The position numbers and the translations under genes are program-made. From NCBI GenBank assembly GCA_030526225.1, contig JAUNDF010000019.1:1-30988 (forward strand): DNA of 30,988 bases. The letters run 5' to 3'. The notes under the pieces were generated by a model, which made no database searches, had not been told where the DNA came from, and saw only the letters and a program-made list of their open reading frames with translations. This DNA is from Clostridia bacterium. GTDB lineage: Bacteria > Bacillota > Clostridia > Christensenellales > Aristaeellaceae. Positions 26,236-30,988 of this stretch are shown here, piece after piece (position 1 is the stretch's first letter; the number at the start of each line of letters is the position of its first letter).

Positions 26236-27308
26236 AAAGCGCACTCGATCAGCGCAAGCGCTGTGCATTGCCCCGCTACGGCAATTACAACTGCGTGTTC
26301 CGCTACCTGCTTGAGAAGGGCGTGAATGTCAAGTGCATCCTGCCCCCGGAAATCACCCGGAAGACCGTTGACATCGGTGCCAGAAACAGCCCTGACTTTG
26401 TCTGCGTGCCCTTCAAAACCTTGCTGGGCAGCATGATTGAAGCATTGGAGGCCGGTGCCGACACGCTGATTATGCCCGGTGGTGCCTGCCGCCTTGGCTA
26501 CTATGGCGAGCTGCATGAGCAGATTCTGCGGGACATGGGCTACGAGTTTGAGATGATCAACATTGCCGAGTATGGCGATCTGGGCAAGAACATCCTCAAG
26601 ATTATCAAGCGCATCAACCCCAAGGCCAAGGTGTCCGCCTTCCTGATGGCGGCACTGGATGCGGTGAAGATGCTGGACTATGTGGATGAAATCACCGCGC
26701 AGATGTATCAAAACTGCGGCTTTGAAATCAACAAGGGCGAGTACAAAAAGGCGTACAACCGCTTTCTGTCGGATATGTTCCGCGCTGAATCCCGCAATGA
26801 CATTGAGGATGGCTACAAGCGCGTGAAGGATGCCTTTGCCGCCATCGCCATCGACAAGCCGGAGCATCCCCTGCGGGTGGGCCTTTTGGGCGAATACTTT
26901 ACCATCATGGACCCGCCCTCCAACCTGTATATTGAAGAGAAGCTGGCGGACATGGGCGTGGAGGTGTGGCGCTGGCTGAACCTCTCCAACCGCCAGTTTA
27001 AGGAAAACAGCGACCGCAACCTGCATGTGCGCATCCGCGACCTGTGCCGCTATGACATGGGCCCCACCTCCACGGAGACGCTGTGGTCTGCCAAGAAGTG
27101 GGCCGAGGACGGCTTTGACGGGCTGATTCATGTCAAGTCCGCCAACTGCACGCCGGAGATTGACCTGATGCCCATGCTGCAGCGGGTGGGGCAGGAGCAT
27201 AAGCTGCCCATCCTGTTCCAGAATTACGATACGCAGACCAGCGATGTGGGCCTGATGACCCGGCTGGAGGCGTTCTATGACATGATTTCGATGAAGAAGA
27301 GGGTTTAA
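26232..27308 (+). CDS. DUF2229-like protein, second of two
   Basis: GTG start overlaps the upstream stop, with RBS GGAGGGA upstream. Motifs NSPDFVCVPFKTLLGSMIEALEAGADTLIMPGGACRLGYYGE, HVKSANCTPEI and YDTQTSDVGLMTRLEAFYDM. TAA stop. Confidence 0.65.
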   Translation: MKSALDQRKRCALPRYGNYNCVFRYLLEKGVNVKCILPPEITRKTVDIGARNSPDFVCVPFKTLLGSMIEALEAGADTLIMPGGACRLGYYGELHEQILRDMGYEFEMINIAEYGDLGKNILKIIKRINPKAKVSAFLMAALDAVKMLDYVDEITAQMYQNCGFEINKGEYKKAYNRFLSDMFRAESRNDIEDGYKRVKDAFAAIAIDKPEHPLRVGLLGEYFTIMDPPSNLYIEEKLADMGVEVWRWLNLSNRQFKENSDRNLHVRIRDLCRYDMGPTSTETLWSAKKWAEDGFDGLIHVKSANCTPEIDLMPMLQRVGQEHKLPILFQNYDTQTSDVGLMTRLEAFYDMISMKKRV

Positions 27309-27311
27309 GCA

Positions 27312-28265
27312 ATGGAGCATGCATATCTTGGCATCGACGTGGGTTCCATCTCCACCAAGGGTGCCATCCTTGATAAACAGAATCACATTCTGGCTTCTGC
27401 CTACATCTGGACCGAGGGCGATCCCATCGGTGCGGTGAAGAAGCTGGTGCATCTGCTGGGCGAACAGCTGGACCGCGACCGCTACAAGGTGGTGGCGGTG
27501 GGCACCACCGGCTCTGCCCGCAAGCTGGCCGGCACCATTGCCGGTGCCACCATGGTGAAAAACGAAATCACCGCCCATGCGGTGGGCACCACGGCCTTCT
27601 ATCCCAATGTGCGCACGATTCTGGAAATCGGCGGTCAGGACTCCAAGATTATTCTGGTGGAAAACGGCGTGGCGGTGGATTACGCCATGAATACCCTGTG
27701 CGCCGCCGGTACCGGTGCGTTCCTGTCCAGCCAGGCCAAGCGGCTGGGCATCGAGGTGGAGAACATCAGCGAATGGGCGCTGCGTTCCACCCATCCCACC
27801 CCCATTGCCGCCCGCTGCACCGTGTTTGCCGAGAGCGATCTGGTGCACAAGATTCAGATGGGCTATCCCAAGGAGGATATCATCGCGGGCGTGTGCAACG
27901 CCGTGGTGGCAAACTACCTCAACAACGTGGGCAAGGGCAAAAAGATTCAGCCCCCTGTGGTATTTCAGGGCGGCGTGAGCAAGAACAAGGGTGTGGTGGC
28001 TGCCTTTGAGCGCACGCTGGGCTTCCCGGTGATTGTGGACGAAAACGGTCACCTGATGGGCGCCATCGGCTCTGCCATTCTGGCCCGGCAGTCCACCAAG
28101 CGCTGTGTGTTTGACTTCGGCATGGAGGACATGGAGTTCACCACCCGTGAGGTGGGCTGTGGCCAGTGCTCCAACAATTGCGAAATCATCTGCGTGTACC
28201 GCAACGAAAAGCTGATTGATGCCTGGGGCAACCGCTGTGAGCGGGGACAGATTAACGTAAAGTAA
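27312..28265 (+). CDS. BcrAD/BadFG-family ATPase (2-hydroxyacyl-CoA dehydratase activator-like 'archerase') with a C-terminal Cys-rich tail
   Basis: Actin-fold ATPase motifs YLGIDVGSISTKG, EIGGQDSK and FQGGVSKN. Cluster-ligand-type cysteines are present in NTLCAAGTG and ARCTVFAESD. The tail carries CGQCSNNCEIIC...GNRCERG. TAA stop. Confidence 0.82.
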   Translation: MEHAYLGIDVGSISTKGAILDKQNHILASAYIWTEGDPIGAVKKLVHLLGEQLDRDRYKVVAVGTTGSARKLAGTIAGATMVKNEITAHAVGTTAFYPNVRTILEIGGQDSKIILVENGVAVDYAMNTLCAAGTGAFLSSQAKRLGIEVENISEWALRSTHPTPIAARCTVFAESDLVHKIQMGYPKEDIIAGVCNAVVANYLNNVGKGKKIQPPVVFQGGVSKNKGVVAAFERTLGFPVIVDENGHLMGAIGSAILARQSTKRCVFDFGMEDMEFTTREVGCGQCSNNCEIICVYRNEKLIDAWGNRCERGQINVK

Positions 28266-28292
28266 CGCAAGAGCAAGCAAATTGCATCAGCA

Positions 28293-28326
28293 ACAGAGGT
28301 GTGCTTCGGCATGACTCTGTTTTTTG
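28293..28326 (+). terminator. Rho-independent terminator after the activase cluster
   Basis: ACAGAG...(TGC-ttcg-GCA inner stem)...CTCTGT followed by TTTTTT. Confidence 0.65.
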
Positions 28327-28442
28327 CTATCTACTTTTTTAGCAGCTATAAAACAGACACAACCGCATGAAGAATCGGCCTATCAGGGAAGTGCTGTCTG
28401 CTGTACAATAACGATTGTAAGCTGATAAAGGAGAGATACACG

Positions 28443-29378
28443 ATGAAGAAGATATGTGCTGTGATGCTGCTGATGGTGCTGCTGGTGACCCTCGCCTCCT
28501 GCCGGGTGAACAGACGCGGCGGTGAAGTGAGCGGCTGGGATGACAAGGCGTATCAAATCGGGGATGCGGAAATCACCGATGTGATTGATACCATCGACAT
28601 CGGCTGGAGCAGCGGCAGTGTGACGGTGGTGCCTGCCAAGGGGAAAAACATCACCCTGACGGAGGTCATCACGGGCACGGTCACCGATGAAAAACGCATG
28701 CACTGGCAGGTGGAGGGCAAAACGCTGCGCATCCGGTATTCGGCCCCGGGGATGAACATCACGCTGCCCATGAATTGCGAAAAGCGGCTGACGGTGGCCG
28801 TGCCGGAGAATGTGCAGCTGACCGGGCTGAGCATTTCCTCCGCATCTGCGCAGGTCAATGTGGAGGGCATCGCGGCTGACCGCATGGCGCTGGCCTCCGC
28901 GTCCGGCAGGCTGGACATTACAGCGGACGCCCGGGACATGAGCATCAGCACCGCTTCCGGCAAGGTTGTGCTGAAGCAGCAGGGGACCATGGACAGCCTT
29001 GCGCTTTCCACCGCATCCGGCAAAGTGGAGGCTGACTTGGCCCATGTGAAGGATGCCGCCATGTCCTCGGCCTCCGGGAGCTTTGTCATCAAAGCCGGTG
29101 CAGCGGAAACCCTGACGGTGCAGACCGCCAGCGGCAAAATCAACTGCAGCTTTGCATCGACCCCGAAAAAGGTGCGCCTGGAATGCACCTCCGGCGATGT
29201 CACCCTTGCCATGCCGGAGGCGAATGGCTTTACCGCCCGGGTGGAGACGGGATCCGGCAGCTTTGATACGGGCATCGCCGTGCGCAAGCAGGGCAAGACC
29301 TATCTATGCGGCGACGGCAAGGCGGAAATCGACATCAGCACCACCTCCGGCGATGTGTTTATCAGCCAGAGCAAATGA
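28443..29378 (+). CDS. DUF4097-family lipoprotein (beta-strand repeat, 'putative adhesin' fold)
   Basis: Lipobox VTLASC. Repeated xxSASG/TASGK/TSGD strand units run through the C-terminal two thirds, ending TTSGDVFISQ. RBS AAGGAG. TGA stop. Confidence 0.75.
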   Translation: MKKICAVMLLMVLLVTLASCRVNRRGGEVSGWDDKAYQIGDAEITDVIDTIDIGWSSGSVTVVPAKGKNITLTEVITGTVTDEKRMHWQVEGKTLRIRYSAPGMNITLPMNCEKRLTVAVPENVQLTGLSISSASAQVNVEGIAADRMALASASGRLDITADARDMSISTASGKVVLKQQGTMDSLALSTASGKVEADLAHVKDAAMSSASGSFVIKAGAAETLTVQTASGKINCSFASTPKKVRLECTSGDVTLAMPEANGFTARVETGSGSFDTGIAVRKQGKTYLCGDGKAEIDISTTSGDVFISQSK

Positions 29379-29421
29379 GCATCAGGCACTGACATTTTTT
29401 GCATTTCATGCTGACTTTCCC

Positions 29422-29450
29422 TTTACATCATCCGCCGCAGGGATTATAAT
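29422..29450 (+). promoter_or_regulatory. Near-consensus sigma-A promoter for the DUF1846 gene
   Basis: TTTACA (29422-29427), a 17-nt spacer, then TATAAT (29445-29450), about 50 nt upstream of ATG 29504. Confidence 0.55.
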
Positions 29451-29503
29451 ATTTTGGTATGTGTTTTTTCTTTGCATAAGAACGGAAGGATGGGAAAAGA
29501 CAG

Positions 29504-30988
29504 ATGAACATCGGATTTGACAATGACCTGTACCTGAAAACGCAATCCGAACACATCCGTGAACGCATCAGCCATTTTGACAACAAGCTGTACCTGGAAT
29601 TCGGCGGCAAGCTGTTTGACGATTATCACGCATCCCGCGTGCTGCCCGGCTTCCAGCCCGATTCCAAGCTGCAGATGCTGCTCCAGCTGCGCGACCAGGC
29701 CGAGGTGGTGGTGGTCATCAACGCAGATGACATCCAGAGCGGCAAAATCCGCGGCGACTACGGCATCACCTACGATGTGGATGTGCTGCGCCTGATTGGC
29801 GAATTCCAGAAAATCGGCCTGTATGTGGGCAGCGTTTGCCTGACCCGCTATGCCGAGCAGCCCGCCGCCATCGCATTCCGCCAGAAGCTTTCCGGCAAGG
29901 GCATCCGCTCCTATTGCCACTATTCCATCCCCGATTATCCCGCCAACGTGCGCCGCATCATCAGCGATGAGGGCTATGGCCGCAACGATTACATCGAGAC
30001 CACCCGCCCTCTGGTGATTGTAACCGCACCCGGCCCCGGCAGCGGCAAGATGGCCACCTGCCTCAGCCAGCTGTATCACGAATACAAGCGCGGCGTGAAG
30101 GCCGGCTACGCCAAGTTCGAGACCTTCCCCATCTGGAACCTGCCCCTGGAGCACCCTGTCAATCTGGCTTATGAAGCTGCCACCGCCGACCTTGGCGACG
30201 TGAACATGATTGACTCCTTCCACCTGAAGGCCTACGGTGTGCCCACGGTCAACTACAACCGCGATATCGAAATTTTCCCCGTGGTCAACGCCATGTTTGA
30301 GATGATTGCCGGGGCCAGCCCCTACAAATCTCCCACGGACATGGGCGTGAACATGGCCGGCAACTGCATTGTGGATGATGACTGTTGCTGCCGCGCCGCC
30401 AATCAGGAGATTCTGCGCCGGTATTATGACTGCCTGTGCGCCGAAAAGCGTTCCGGCCTGCCCGGCAAGGAGCGCTATCGTCTGGAGCTGCTGCTGAACA
30501 AGGCAGGTCTGGTGGCGGCCGACCGCGTGTGCCGCGATGAGGCCCTTGCCCGGGAGGAAGAGATGGGCGGCCAGCCCGCTGCAGCCATTCAGCTGCCCGA
30601 CGGACGCATTGTCACCGGCAAAACCGGCGAACTGCTGGGTGCATCTGCCGCGGCCCTGCTCAATTCCCTGAAGGTACTGGCCGGCATTGATGATGAAATC
30701 GACCTGATTTCTCCCAGTGCCATCGAGCCCATTACCCGGCTGAAGACCCAGTTCCTGGGCAGCACCAACCCCCGCCTGCACACCGATGAGGTGCTGATTG
30801 CGCTGTCTGCTTCCACCGCTGACAGCGAGCCTGCCCGCGCCGCCATGCAGCAGCTGTACAATCTGCGCGGCTGTGAGGTGCATTCCTCCGTGCTGCTGTC
30901 CCCCGTGGATGAAAAGACCTTCAAGCGTCTGGGCCTGCACCTGACCTGCGAGCCCAAGTACATGGTGCATCCCGCTGCACAGGACTGA
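29504..30988 (+). CDS. DUF1846 (UPF0371) family protein, function unknown
   Basis: 494-aa ORF. The N-terminus MNIGFDNDLYLKTQSEHIRERI...LYLEFGGKLFDDYHASRVLPGFQPDSK matches my recollection of the conserved UPF0371 family of Firmicutes. The TGA stop falls exactly at the window end. Confidence 0.75.
   Translation: MNIGFDNDLYLKTQSEHIRERISHFDNKLYLEFGGKLFDDYHASRVLPGFQPDSKLQMLLQLRDQAEVVVVINADDIQSGKIRGDYGITYDVDVLRLIGEFQKIGLYVGSVCLTRYAEQPAAIAFRQKLSGKGIRSYCHYSIPDYPANVRRIISDEGYGRNDYIETTRPLVIVTAPGPGSGKMATCLSQLYHEYKRGVKAGYAKFETFPIWNLPLEHPVNLAYEAATADLGDVNMIDSFHLKAYGVPTVNYNRDIEIFPVVNAMFEMIAGASPYKSPTDMGVNMAGNCIVDDDCCCRAANQEILRRYYDCLCAEKRSGLPGKERYRLELLLNKAGLVAADRVCRDEALAREEEMGGQPAAAIQLPDGRIVTGKTGELLGASAAALLNSLKVLAGIDDEIDLISPSAIEPITRLKTQFLGSTNPRLHTDEVLIALSASTADSEPARAAMQQLYNLRGCEVHSSVLLSPVDEKTFKRLGLHLTCEPKYMVHPAAQD

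Noticed and set aside
29379-29400. A terminator after the DUF4097 gene (TCAG-gca-CTGA followed by CATTTTTT).
   Set aside because: The stem is only 4 bp, too weak to call, although the T-run is suggestive.
1-30988. CRISPR arrays, transposases or integrases, prophage genes and known defence systems.
   Set aside because: I saw no spaced direct-repeat arrays. No ORF has recombinase, nuclease-helicase or phage structural motifs. The only mobile-like traces are the tRNA-like fragment and the duplicated terminator hairpin, both reported separately.

Overview
GC-rich (about 60% by eye) chromosomal segment with Firmicutes/Clostridia-style organisation: GGAGG-type RBSs, ATGA overlaps between operon genes, and YesM/YesN-type two-component systems. 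I guess an Oscillospiraceae/Ruminococcaceae-like gut anaerobe, with low confidence. I call 27 protein genes.

Gene order:
- mfd (3' part), a secreted transglutaminase-like/LRR protein, and ftsH.
- An SH3-domain secreted protein and a double zinc-ribbon membrane protein.
- A sugar-sensing and uptake locus: orphan lipoprotein SBP, YesM-like kinase, YesN-like regulator, YtfQ-like SBP, ABC ATPase, two permeases, FGGY kinase, araD and a GH3 glycosidase.
- A DUF4160/DUF2442 pair, then a second membrane kinase with an AraC-type regulator.
- A PspC-domain protein, a small membrane protein and a CPA-type cation/proton antiporter.
- A three-gene activase cluster (two DUF2229-like genes plus a BcrAD/BadFG ATPase), a DUF4097 lipoprotein and DUF1846.

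I found no complete RNA gene, CRISPR array, transposase, integrase or recognisable defence system.

The main signal is at the level of the genetic code. Five otherwise intact, motif-complete genes are each interrupted only by in-frame TAG codons, seven TAGs in total. Their flanking ORF pieces stay in the same frame. All 27 genes I call end in TAA (16) or TGA (11), and none ends in TAG. This fits TAG being read as a sense codon (reassignment or efficient suppression). The alternatives are a cluster of amber nonsense pseudogenes or a systematic base-calling artefact.

One separate lesion is a true frameshift, probably a deletion of about 20 nt, in the transporter SBP gene.

Many long antisense ORFs in the six-frame track are GC-driven shadow ORFs.
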